DNA from: Verrucomicrobiota bacterium | Lineage (GTDB): Bacteria; Verrucomicrobiota; Verrucomicrobiia; Chthoniobacterales; JAFAMB01 | DNA: 64,000 nucleotides | Assembly: GCA_019247695.1 (NCBI GenBank) | Contig: JAFBAP010000159.1 | Coordinates: 13,265-77,264 of the forward strand | Direction of reading: 5' to 3' | In this document: piece after piece, positions 37,398 to 45,583 of the stretch | Layout: every line of letters starts with the position of its first letter | Position numbering within the stretch: position 1 is the stretch's first letter | Notes under the pieces: model-generated | The model's database searches: none | Told to the model about the DNA's origin: nothing | Seen by the model: only the letters and a program-made list of their open reading frames with translations | Translations under genes and position numbers: made by a program

Positions 37398-37544
37398 GGC
37401 TGTGAGGCTCACGCGGCGCGTGGCCGGCGGGCCCGGCGGCGGCACACCGCGCCCGGAATCGGCGTCATGAGCAGGCATTTCCGATGGCCCCCGGCCCGGA
37501 GACGCCTGCGCCCGCCGGATCGAGCCGCAGCCTGCGCTTCCCCC

Positions 37545-38348
37545 ATGCAGCGCGTTTACGAATACCTCCAGATCTACGGGGTCATGCTGCGGAACTCGCT
37601 CATCCGCGAGATGAGTTTCAAGCTGAACTTTGTCCTGTGGCTGGCCGTGGAGGCGTTATGGTTTGTCGGCCAACTGGCCTTCATCGAGGTCATCTACGGC
37701 CAGGTCAGCGCTCTTGGCGACTGGACGAAATGGCAAATGGTGCTTCTGGTCGGAACCCACCAGATCGTGAGCCAGATTTTTCAGGCGTTTTTCTATCCTA
37801 ACCTCGTGAACCTGCCGGAACTGGTGCGTACGGGCAAGCTTGATTTTGTCTTACTCCAGCCTGCAGACGGCCAGTTTCTGGTCTCGGCCCGCCAATTCGG
37901 GTTGGACAGCCTTGTAAATGCCGGGGCCGGCGTGGCCGTCGTGGTCTATTCGCTGGCCCGGCTTCATCTGGTACCCGGTCCGGGCCAGGTGCTGCTGTAT
38001 GTAGTCACGCTTTGCCTCGGCGTCAGCGTCCATTACGCGGTCATGTTCGGCCTGGCGACGATGAGTTTCTGGATCACGAGAACCCAGGGCCTGATTTACG
38101 GCTATTATAATATGATCAGCCTCGCGCGCTACCCGGACGCGGTCTTCAAAGGCGCCGTTAAATTCATTTTCAGTTGGGTCTTGCCGGTCATCGTGGTGAC
38201 CAACGTGCCTGCCCGCTTGCTGATGAACGCTACCTCCACACCGTGGCCGCTCGCCCTGCACCTGGTCGTGGCCTCGGCCTTGATGGTGATGCTGTCCCGG
38301 GTTCTTTGGACCGTCGCCCTGCGGCGTTACTCAAGTGCCAGTTCGTGA
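37545..38348 (+). CDS. ABC-2 family transporter permease (no partner ATPase in the window)
   Basis: A multi-helix membrane protein with 'LRNSLIREMSFKLNFVLWL', 'GKLDFVLLQP' and 'LARYPDAVF', as in COG3694/COG4587-type ABC-2 permeases. Confidence 0.55.
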   Translation: MQRVYEYLQIYGVMLRNSLIREMSFKLNFVLWLAVEALWFVGQLAFIEVIYGQVSALGDWTKWQMVLLVGTHQIVSQIFQAFFYPNLVNLPELVRTGKLDFVLLQPADGQFLVSARQFGLDSLVNAGAGVAVVVYSLARLHLVPGPGQVLLYVVTLCLGVSVHYAVMFGLATMSFWITRTQGLIYGYYNMISLARYPDAVFKGAVKFIFSWVLPVIVVTNVPARLLMNATSTPWPLALHLVVASALMVMLSRVLWTVALRRYSSASS

Positions 38349-38508
38349 AACGGCCATGCATCCTGCCGTCCATGGATAGACGATGTTTGAGTTACCGGCA
38401 GCGGGCCGGCTTAAGCATTTAATTTCAGTCCGTTCCCTCCGAAAACCAGGAAATGCATGCCTATCTCAGCGTCACCCGAAAAGGTTACCCCTACCCCCAC
38501 GTTTCCCC

Positions 38509-38537
38509 TTGCACCCATGATTGATTACGATTATATG
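38509..38537 (+). promoter_or_regulatory. candidate sigma-70-type promoter for the dksA-like/rpmG/rpsR unit
   Basis: 'ttgcac' (38509-38514), a 17-nt spacer, then 'tatatg' (38532-38537), about 50 nt upstream of the ATG at 38590. Pattern match only. Confidence 0.3.
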
Positions 38538-38589
38538 TTCGCCCTCTTCCGGGGGGAGAAACCTATTAGCAGCCTTTGGTAGTTATAGT

Positions 38590-39174
38590 ATGGCGAAATC
38601 GAAAGCGAATAAAAAAGATACCACCACGCCCTTAAATGGCCATGAGGCGGAGAGGGTGGACGTTGCCCCAGAAGCTGTAACCCCCGCCCCAAACGGCGAT
38701 GAAAACGTCTCCCCTTTTCTGCGCCAGCAAAAGGCGCGTCTCCTGCAACTCCGTGACAGCCTGCTGGATTCGATGGCGGGAGTGTCAGGCGATATCCTGC
38801 GCGCGCGGGCCGAAGGAAGTGAGGCCTCGGCTTTCGGGATGCACCAGGCCGATGCCGGCAGCGACGCTTATGACCGCGATTTTGCGCTCAGCCTGCTGTC
38901 GCAAGAGCAGGACGCGTTGTACGAAATTGAAGAAGCCCTGAAGCGCATCGACGCGGGAACTTACGGCACCTGCGAGATGTCCGGTAAACAGATCCCGGAA
39001 GCTCGTCTGGAAGCGATTCCGTTTGCCCGGTTTACCGTGGAATGCCAGGCCCAGATTGAGAAGCAGCGCAAGGCAACCCGGGTCCGGCAACCGGTGACGT
39101 CACTTTTCGGCTTAACTGAAGAGGAAGTCGGCGAAGGTGAGGAAGAGGACACCATTACGGAGACCAAGGACTAG
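38590..39174 (+). CDS. DksA/TraR-family regulator with a long N-terminal extension and only two Cys in the zinc-finger region
   Basis: '[69 protein letters not shown]' matches the DksA coiled-coil and C-terminal region. Confidence 0.75.
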   Translation: MAKSKANKKDTTTPLNGHEAERVDVAPEAVTPAPNGDENVSPFLRQQKARLLQLRDSLLDSMAGVSGDILRARAEGSEASAFGMHQADAGSDAYDRDFALSLLSQEQDALYEIEEALKRIDAGTYGTCEMSGKQIPEARLEAIPFARFTVECQAQIEKQRKATRVRQPVTSLFGLTEEEVGEGEEEDTITETKD

Positions 39175-39179
39175 ACGTT

Positions 39180-39353
39180 ATGCCCAGAGATATCATTATC
39201 TTGGAATGCACCGAGGCCAAGGCGGAGGGGAAGCCGGCCTCCCGTTACGTGACGACCCGTAACAAGAAGAGCCCGAACACCCCGGGGCGGTTGGAGAAAA
39301 GGAAGTATAACCCTTTCTTGCGCCGGCATACCCTGCATCGAGAGATAAAGTAA
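39180..39353 (+). CDS. rpmG: 50S ribosomal protein L33
   Basis: A 57-aa ORF missing from the 60-aa-cutoff track: '[57 protein letters not shown]'. Confidence 0.85.
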   Translation: MPRDIIILECTEAKAEGKPASRYVTTRNKKSPNTPGRLEKRKYNPFLRRHTLHREIK

Positions 39354-39366
39354 GTAGCCATCCATC

Positions 39367-39606
39367 ATGGAGCCTAAAAACGCCAAGCGCCGCTCGAACT
39401 TCCGCCGTGCCAATCGCGCCATGCCGCGCCGGCGGATCGACATCTCGGTTGAAGCCATCGATTACAAAAATCCCGATCTGTTGCGGAAATTCGTCACCGA
39501 GAGCGGCAAAATCCTGCCCCGCCGGGTTACCGGCATGCCGGCTCACCTGCACCGGAAGATCACCCGCGAAATCAAGCGGGCGCGTTCGGTCCTTTTGATG
39601 AAATAA
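39367..39606 (+). CDS. rpsR: 30S ribosomal protein S18
   Basis: '[48 protein letters not shown]'. Confidence 0.9.
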   Translation: MEPKNAKRRSNFRRANRAMPRRRIDISVEAIDYKNPDLLRKFVTESGKILPRRVTGMPAHLHRKITREIKRARSVLLMK

Positions 39607-39631
39607 AGATAATGCCATCCGGTTTACTGCG

Positions 39632-39660
39632 AGGCGGCCTCACAAGGCCGCCTTTTCTTT
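39632..39660 (+). terminator. rho-independent terminator after rpsR
   Basis: Stem 'aggcggcc' / 'ggccgcct' with loop 'tcacaa', followed by 'tttcttt'. Confidence 0.65.
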
Positions 39661-39950
39661 CGTCACACGGCGGGCACAGCGGGTTTGGCGGGCACGACGT
39701 AAGAGTTCACACGGCGAACACGGCGAGCCACGGCGGGAAGAGGAAAGCCAGCAGGGAGGGCGGGCTGGTCAGGCACGCCGAGAATCTACGCCGTCTTTGC
39801 CGGGAGCCGAATTCGGGGCCGCACGTCGGCTGCCGGGTAACTTTGTCTTCCCGCCGTGTTCGCCGTGGCTCGCCGTGTTCGCCGTGTGAACTCAGTCGTT
39901 GTGCCCGCCGTGTGACCGTGTGAACCACAGTCGTCGTGGCCGCCACACCC
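39660..39950. repeat. modular palindromic intergenic element (family A)
   Basis: Left arm 39663-39746 and right arm 39846-39948. Within the right arm, the segment 'cttcccgccgtgttcgccgtggctcgccgtgttcgccgtgtgaactcagtcgttgtgcccgccgtgtgaccg' differs by 1 nt from 3730-3801. Confidence 0.9.
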
Positions 39951-40147
39951 GCCTTTCCTTTAATCCGTGTTCCGCTTGTGGGATTTATTACGTTTTTACG
40001 TCAAGTGAAAAATCCCTAAACCGCTTGCTCCGAGGTTATTTATGACTAAATTTCTGGTCCCCTGGTTCCGTAAAGGCCGCCACGAGATGGCGACCCGGGC
40101 TCGGGCTAATTTGGCAACCGTGGTTTGTTGGTCGTTTTAATATTTTT

Positions 40148-41827
40148 ATGACAGAAATGCAGGAGCTAATCGCGAAGTCCCTGCGCGATTACAAGGAAGG
40201 CAGCATTGTAAAGGGGCGCGTACTGGAAGTGCGGCCTCGCGAGGTCCTCGTCGACATCGGCTATAAGTCCGAGGGTGTGATACCCGCGTCGGAATTTGAT
40301 GATATCAACGAGGTCGAGGTCGGTGATGAGGTCGAAGTGCTGCTCGAGAAGCTCGAAAACGAAGATGGGATGGTTGTTCTTTCCAAAGAGAAGGCCGCCC
40401 ACAAGCAGAACTGGGACAAGATTGTCAAGGTTTTTGAGGGCGATGGCCTGATCAAGGGCAAGGTCCGTGCGGTTGTCAAAGGCGGCCTTACGGTCAACAT
40501 CGGTGTTGAAGCCTTTCTCCCCGGTTCTCAGATTGACATCGTTCCGCCCAAAGATTTACAGCAGTTTGTCGGTAACACGTACGATTTCAAAATCGTTAAG
40601 ATCAACGACGAACGAAAGAACGTCGTGCTGAGCCGGCGCGAAATCATCGAACAGGAGCGCGCCGAGAAACGTGCCCGGTTCCTTGAGACCGTAAAAGTCG
40701 GCGACACCGTCCGGGGTACGGTCAAGAACCTGACGGATTTCGGTGCGTTCATTGACCTGGACGGTATGGACGGCCTGTTGCACATCACCGACATGACCTG
40801 GGGTCGCCTGACCCACCCGAGCGAGTTGCTCAAGATCGGTCAGGAAGTCGAGGTGGTGGTGCTTGACATCAATCGGGAAAAAGAGCGCGTCTCGCTCGGC
40901 CTTAAGCAGACTCAGCGCAATCCTTGGGATAAGATCGAGGAACGGTTCCCCGTCGGAGCCAAAGTCCGTGGCCGGGTCACCAACCTCGTCCCTTACGGCG
41001 CGTTTGTCGAAATTGAGGAGGGCGTGGAAGGTCTGATCCACGTGTCTGAACTTTCCTGGACGAAACGGGTCACGCGTCCGTCGGATGTCCTGACTCAGGG
41101 ACAGGAAATCGAGGCGGTGGTGCTCGGGGTCAACAAGGAAGAACAAAAAATCTCGCTCGGCGTCCGCCAACTCGAGCCCAACCCGTGGGATGAGATTGAG
41201 CACAAGTACGTCATCGGCTCCCGCGTACGCGGCAAGATCCGCAACATGACTGCGTACGGCGCCTTTGTGGAACTTGAAGAGGGCATCGATGGCATGATCC
41301 ACGTGTCCGACCTGAGTTGGACCCGCAAAATCAATCATCCCAGTGAAGTTCTGAAGAAGAACGATGAGGTTGAAGCGGTGGTCCTGGACATCGACAAGGT
41401 CAATCAGCGCATCAGCCTTGGCATCAAGCAACTCGAGTCTGATCCGTGGAAGGAAATCGATCAGAAGTACAAGATCGGTGACCTCGTGCACGGCAAGGTA
41501 ACCAAGCTGGCCAGCTTCGGCGCCTTCGTGCAGCTGCAGGATGATATCGATGGTCTGGTGCACATCTCGCAACTGAGCGAGGAACACGTCGCGAAGGTCA
41601 AGGATGTGCTCAAGGTGGGCCAGGAAGTGGAAGCCCGCGTGATCAAGGTTGATAAAAACGAGCGTCGCATCGGTCTCTCGATCAAGGCAGCCCATTACTC
41701 CGACGATGAACTCCGTCGGGAAACGGAAGCTTTCGACAGCTTGCGCCCTGGTGAGGACATGGTCGGCTTGGAGCAGGCGTTCCAGGCGGCTGAAGAAGAG
41801 TACCGGCCGGGCGATCGTAAGAAATAA
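40148..41827 (+). CDS. rpsA: 30S ribosomal protein S1 (six S1 domains)
   Basis: Repeated S1 motifs: 'GRVLEVRPREVLVDIGYKSEGVIP', 'GTVKNLTDFGAFIDLDGMDGLLHITDM', 'GRVTNLVPYGAFVEIEEGVEGLIHVSEL', and others. Confidence 0.95.
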   Translation: MTEMQELIAKSLRDYKEGSIVKGRVLEVRPREVLVDIGYKSEGVIPASEFDDINEVEVGDEVEVLLEKLENEDGMVVLSKEKAAHKQNWDKIVKVFEGDGLIKGKVRAVVKGGLTVNIGVEAFLPGSQIDIVPPKDLQQFVGNTYDFKIVKINDERKNVVLSRREIIEQERAEKRARFLETVKVGDTVRGTVKNLTDFGAFIDLDGMDGLLHITDMTWGRLTHPSELLKIGQEVEVVVLDINREKERVSLGLKQTQRNPWDKIEERFPVGAKVRGRVTNLVPYGAFVEIEEGVEGLIHVSELSWTKRVTRPSDVLTQGQEIEAVVLGVNKEEQKISLGVRQLEPNPWDEIEHKYVIGSRVRGKIRNMTAYGAFVELEEGIDGMIHVSDLSWTRKINHPSEVLKKNDEVEAVVLDIDKVNQRISLGIKQLESDPWKEIDQKYKIGDLVHGKVTKLASFGAFVQLQDDIDGLVHISQLSEEHVAKVKDVLKVGQEVEARVIKVDKNERRIGLSIKAAHYSDDELRRETEAFDSLRPGEDMVGLEQAFQAAEEEYRPGDRKK

Positions 41828-41866
41828 CCAGACAAACAAGACGGCGAATCCCGATAGAATTTTTTT

Positions 41867-42205
41867 ATGGAAAAACCGCACATCGTTGCGTACCTCAAGA
41901 CCGTTTGCGGATGGAGCAATGGCGTCCGCGCAGTCCTGAAAAAGTACGACCTGCCCTACGAAGAAAAAGACATCATTAAGAATCCCGCTTTTCGTTGGGA
42001 AATGGAACAGAAGAGCGGTCAGCCCCTTTCGCCCTGCGTCGAGATCAACGGCATCATGCTGCCCGACATCAGCGGTGAAGAGGTGGAGGAATACCTGGTG
42101 ACCCAGGGGCTCATCCAGAGCGATTCAAGGCCGACGGACGTGCCGCTGAACGCGCCATGTCCTCCGGAACAACACGCGGTTCCGAACGTGCTGTTCCGCC
42201 GCTGA
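41867..42205 (+). CDS. glutaredoxin-like small thioredoxin-fold protein
   Basis: 'IVAYLKTVCGWSNGVRAVLKKYDLPYEEKDI' and 'PCVEINGIMLPDISGEEV'. Confidence 0.6.
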   Translation: MEKPHIVAYLKTVCGWSNGVRAVLKKYDLPYEEKDIIKNPAFRWEMEQKSGQPLSPCVEINGIMLPDISGEEVEEYLVTQGLIQSDSRPTDVPLNAPCPPEQHAVPNVLFRR

Positions 42206-42235
42206 TCGCAGGGATCGGCACCACGTGATTTGATT

Positions 42236-42266
42236 CAAAAAAGGCCGGCGCAAGCCGGCCTTTTTT
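42236..42266. terminator. bidirectional rho-independent terminator between convergent genes
   Basis: 'aaaaaaa ggccggc gcaa gccggcc tttttt': a GC stem flanked by an A-run and a T-run. Confidence 0.8.
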
Positions 42267-42310
42267 GTTGGCAGTCCCTCAAACGTTTGCAGTCCCGCCG
42301 GTAAAAAGCG

Positions 42311-43159
42311 CTACTCGACAAATTCCGGCTCGACGACGTGCGGGATGAGCTTCCGGGCAACGGCCTGGCCGAGAAACTCACGAATGGCAGCGCGTCCGGT
42401 ATCGCCATAGTCGATGGTAAAATCGTTGACGTACATGCCGATAAACCGGTCCGCCTTGGCCAGATCCAACCCTCGCGCCAGAGGCATCGAGTGTTCCACA
42501 CCGGCCCGGCGATGCTCGAGACCGTACCTGATGCTCTCCTTGAGAATGCCGGATACCTCCCTGCACACATCCGGGGGAATATCCTTGCGGATGACATTTC
42601 CCCCTAGCGGCAAAGGCATGCCGGTGCGCTCTTTCCACCAGGCGCCCAGGTCGCGCACCAGCGCGAATCCTTCGTCGGCATAGGTGAGCTGCCCTTCATG
42701 GATGATGAGGCCCGCATCGGCCTTGCCCGCCTGCACGTACGCGAAAATCTGATCAAACGGAACGACCACGGTCCTGACCTCCCCGGCAAACAGCCGCAGC
42801 GCCAGATAGGCGCTGGTCTTAAGGCCGGGCACCGCGATGGTGCGTTGCCGGACCCAACCGCAAACCGCTTCGTCGTCGCCCGGTGGCCGATCCTGCAGGG
42901 TGACCAGCATCGGGCCGTACCCATCGCCCATGCTCGCCCCGCATGGCAAAAGGGCGTACTTGTCGGCCAGGTAAGCGTACGCGTGAATGGAGACCGCTGA
43001 GATGTGAAGCTCTCCTCTGAGCGCCCGCTGATTCAGCGTTTCGATGTCCTGCAGGATGTGTTCGAACTGGTGCCCGCGAGCGTCGATCTTGTGCTGAGCC
43101 AACGCGTAGAACATGAACGCGTCGTCGGGGTCAGGAGAATGGCCAAGGAGAAAATTCAT
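42311..43159 (-). CDS. mqnD: 1,4-dihydroxy-6-naphthoate synthase (futalosine pathway MqnD family)
   Basis: 'LLGHSPDPDDAFMFYAL', 'DIETLNQRALRGELHISAVSIHAYAYL', 'YALLPCGASMGDGYGPMLV'. The ATG at 43159 is preferred over the GTG at 43177, which lies inside the repeat. Confidence 0.7.
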   Translation of the reverse strand: MNFLLGHSPDPDDAFMFYALAQHKIDARGHQFEHILQDIETLNQRALRGELHISAVSIHAYAYLADKYALLPCGASMGDGYGPMLVTLQDRPPGDDEAVCGWVRQRTIAVPGLKTSAYLALRLFAGEVRTVVVPFDQIFAYVQAGKADAGLIIHEGQLTYADEGFALVRDLGAWWKERTGMPLPLGGNVIRKDIPPDVCREVSGILKESIRYGLEHRRAGVEHSMPLARGLDLAKADRFIGMYVNDFTIDYGDTGRAAIREFLGQAVARKLIPHVVEPEFVE

Positions 43160-43164
43160 ATTAC

Positions 43165-43612
43165 GGAAGGCATCCACAGATTAAAGTCACACAGTGGCCA
43201 CGGAGAGAAAACAGAATCATCCGCAGAACACGCAGACAACGCAGAAAAGAGAAAACATCCACAGATTACACAGATTGACACGGATTAAGGGCACACGGCA
43301 GCCGCAACGTACGAGTTCACACGGCGCCACGACGGAACACGGCGACCACGGTGGGAAGCCATGCCGCCCGGCGCCTCTTCATTTGTGGCATTTTTCCGCT
43401 TGTGGCATTTGTGGCATTCTCTTCCGCTCCGAACCCCGAACTCCGAACTCCGAACTCCGAACTCTTTCCCCCCCTTCTTCCCGCCGTGGTCGCCGTGGCC
43501 CGCCGTGGTCGCCGTGTGAACTCTTGCGTCGTGCCCGCCAAACCCGCCGTGTGACCGACACCCGACACCCGGCACTCGGCACCCGACACCGTTCCGTCAT
43601 TTGTGGCATTTT
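43165..43612. repeat. modular palindromic intergenic element (family A, largest composite)
   Basis: It contains the CACAGATT, reversed TTCTGCG ('ccgcagaacacgcagacaacgcagaaaag'), CACGGCG, TTGTGGCAT (43377-43421), CGAACTC x4, GTGGTCGCC and CGACACC (43556-43590) word blocks. Confidence 0.9.
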
Positions 43613-44626
43613 CTATGAGTCTGTGAACTCGTGCGCGCGTTCGACCTCGGTTTCCATCTCGCGCCAGCCGGGGCGCGTTTTGGGTGAATAGAACAGGTAA
43701 GCGATGCCGCCGACCAGGCCGAACAGCACGAAAAAGGCGAAGCCGAGCAGCGAAACCAGTACGCCCAGCTGTGTCGGAACACCGCAGAGATCCCGGAGCA
43801 GAATTTCGATAAGGGATTCACGGAAGCCGACGCCGCTCGGGGTGATAGGCAGCGAGATGATGATCGTCACGATCGGCATGATGCTGAACATATCAAGCGG
43901 CGAGACGCTGGCGTGAACCGCCTGTGCGGAACAATAGAAGGCTCCGTAGAAGGAGAAGAGAACCGGAAACGAAAGCAGGAGCGCGTACGAGGTCGAAAGC
44001 TTGGCCCGGGCAAACTCGTGGTAAGCCTCGGACGTTTCCACGATTCGCTCGCGGAATGGAAAATGGTGGGGCAATCGCTCGGCGACCTTCAACCCGCTCA
44101 GGGTAAACGAGCCGACCAGCATGACGGTGAACCCGATCAGCATCACGACCAGGGTCCAGAGCAGGACGGAAGATTTAGGCGTTTGCCGGAGCCAGTCCCA
44201 GCGGAGAAAGGTGGTCGCGGCGGCCGTCAGAACCAGGGCTACGATCCCGATCAGACGGTCCATGACGATGGTCAGCACCGCTTGTTTTTTCCGGTCGGGA
44301 AACTCGCGCATCAGGTAGTACAACCGTGCAAAGTCGCCGCCGGTGTAACCGGGCATGAAAAGGTTAAAGAACAGTCCGACGAAAAAGAGCAGGAAGGAAC
44401 GGCCCCAGCTCAAGTACATGCCTTGTACCCGCAGGAGGATCCGCCACCGCATGATGTTGGCAATCTCGCCGGCGAAGGCGATGGGCAGACCGATCAGCAT
44501 CCACGACGGGTCGGCCTTGGTAAAGGCAGCCGCCATTTGTGCGCGCTTGGTCGGATCATGAAAAACCCAGACGAGAATGCCGATCGTGAAGATGGCCTGA
44601 AAAGTTCGGGTAATGGTTTTCTTCAT
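43613..44626 (-). CDS. UPF0104 / lysylphosphatidylglycerol-synthase-TM-region-like (flippase-like) membrane protein
   Basis: 'RWRILLRVQGMYLSWGRSFLLFFVGLFFNLFMPGYTGGDFARLYYL' is typical of the LPG_synthase_TM family; about 8 TM segments. Confidence 0.7.
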   Translation of the reverse strand: MKKTITRTFQAIFTIGILVWVFHDPTKRAQMAAAFTKADPSWMLIGLPIAFAGEIANIMRWRILLRVQGMYLSWGRSFLLFFVGLFFNLFMPGYTGGDFARLYYLMREFPDRKKQAVLTIVMDRLIGIVALVLTAAATTFLRWDWLRQTPKSSVLLWTLVVMLIGFTVMLVGSFTLSGLKVAERLPHHFPFRERIVETSEAYHEFARAKLSTSYALLLSFPVLFSFYGAFYCSAQAVHASVSPLDMFSIMPIVTIIISLPITPSGVGFRESLIEILLRDLCGVPTQLGVLVSLLGFAFFVLFGLVGGIAYLFYSPKTRPGWREMETEVERAHEFTDS

Positions 44627-44674
44627 CTGGGCACGGACGCGGTACCGGCGCCGGAGTCGGGGAAAGGTTGACCT

Positions 44675-45583
44675 TCACGGGATCACTGATTGCAACTCGG
44701 TCACACGGCGCCGCAGTAAGACTCCGGGCAGGTAACTCGTCCGAATCGCCCACCATAGCCGTTCCGCCCCGGAAGGCATGACAAAAATGCGCCGTAAATG
44801 GTCCAGCACGCAGGTCCGGCCATAAGCGTTCAAAAAACCAGAGGCGTTGTCCGGCCATTCGCCGTCGGCGCTGCGTCCGAGGAGGTCAAGTAAGAACACC
44901 TTCAAGTCATCTGCGTGCCTTTGCTCAGGTGACACGTCACGGAAGTGCGTCGTCTCAAAATCGATGATCCGCCCACGGCCGGTGTCGCAGTCGAAGATAA
45001 CGTTCCCAAGGTGCGGATCCCCATGCGACCATTTTGCGTTGAACTCTGGTGACCAGAGTTCGTGCATGCGACGGAATTCCGCCCCGGCCGCCGCCAGGTG
45101 GACGGGTTGCAGACGCGACTGCTTGGCCAACAACGCAAGGTCTTCGCCCGGAAGGGCGTCCAACCAGACCGCATTGCCGACTGGAAAAGCGGCGAAACGA
45201 TCCCCGTTCAGGAGGCTGAAGCAGTGCACTTCCCAATTCTGCCAGGCCGCCACGTTTGAGAAAACGAATACAGGGTTGCGCACGAGCCGAAAGAAGGCGT
45301 TTGCACCATTGATCACCCACCGGCTTCCCAGGTTGCGCTCCTTAACCCAATACCGCCGGGCAGCGTGGCTCCTCACGGCCAGAGAATTGATCCGGATCAC
45401 GTCAACGGCCGCTCCGATACGGGTCAACAGGCCCGTAGGAAACCGGTAAACGCTGTCAGGTCTGCTGTCCAAGTCAGCACGATAAACAAGTCTGGGGATG
45501 GCGCAATGGAAACGGCCGCGTTTACATCCCCTTTTGAGGCGCCTTGCGGGTGGAACGCGCCTGGCGCAGAGTGGGGCGCCCAC
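44675..45583 (-). CDS. protein-kinase-like fold protein (LPS Kdo/WaaP kinase or APH-like); start uncertain
   Basis: Catalytic-loop-like 'WSHGDPHLGNVIFD' and 'RIIDFETTHF'. The ORF-track GTG start at 45583 abuts the hisD ATG, so the real start is probably internal. Confidence 0.5.
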   Translation of the reverse strand: MGAPLCARRVPPARRLKRGCKRGRFHCAIPRLVYRADLDSRPDSVYRFPTGLLTRIGAAVDVIRINSLAVRSHAARRYWVKERNLGSRWVINGANAFFRLVRNPVFVFSNVAAWQNWEVHCFSLLNGDRFAAFPVGNAVWLDALPGEDLALLAKQSRLQPVHLAAAGAEFRRMHELWSPEFNAKWSHGDPHLGNVIFDCDTGRGRIIDFETTHFRDVSPEQRHADDLKVFLLDLLGRSADGEWPDNASGFLNAYGRTCVLDHLRRIFVMPSGAERLWWAIRTSYLPGVLLRRRVTELQSVIP

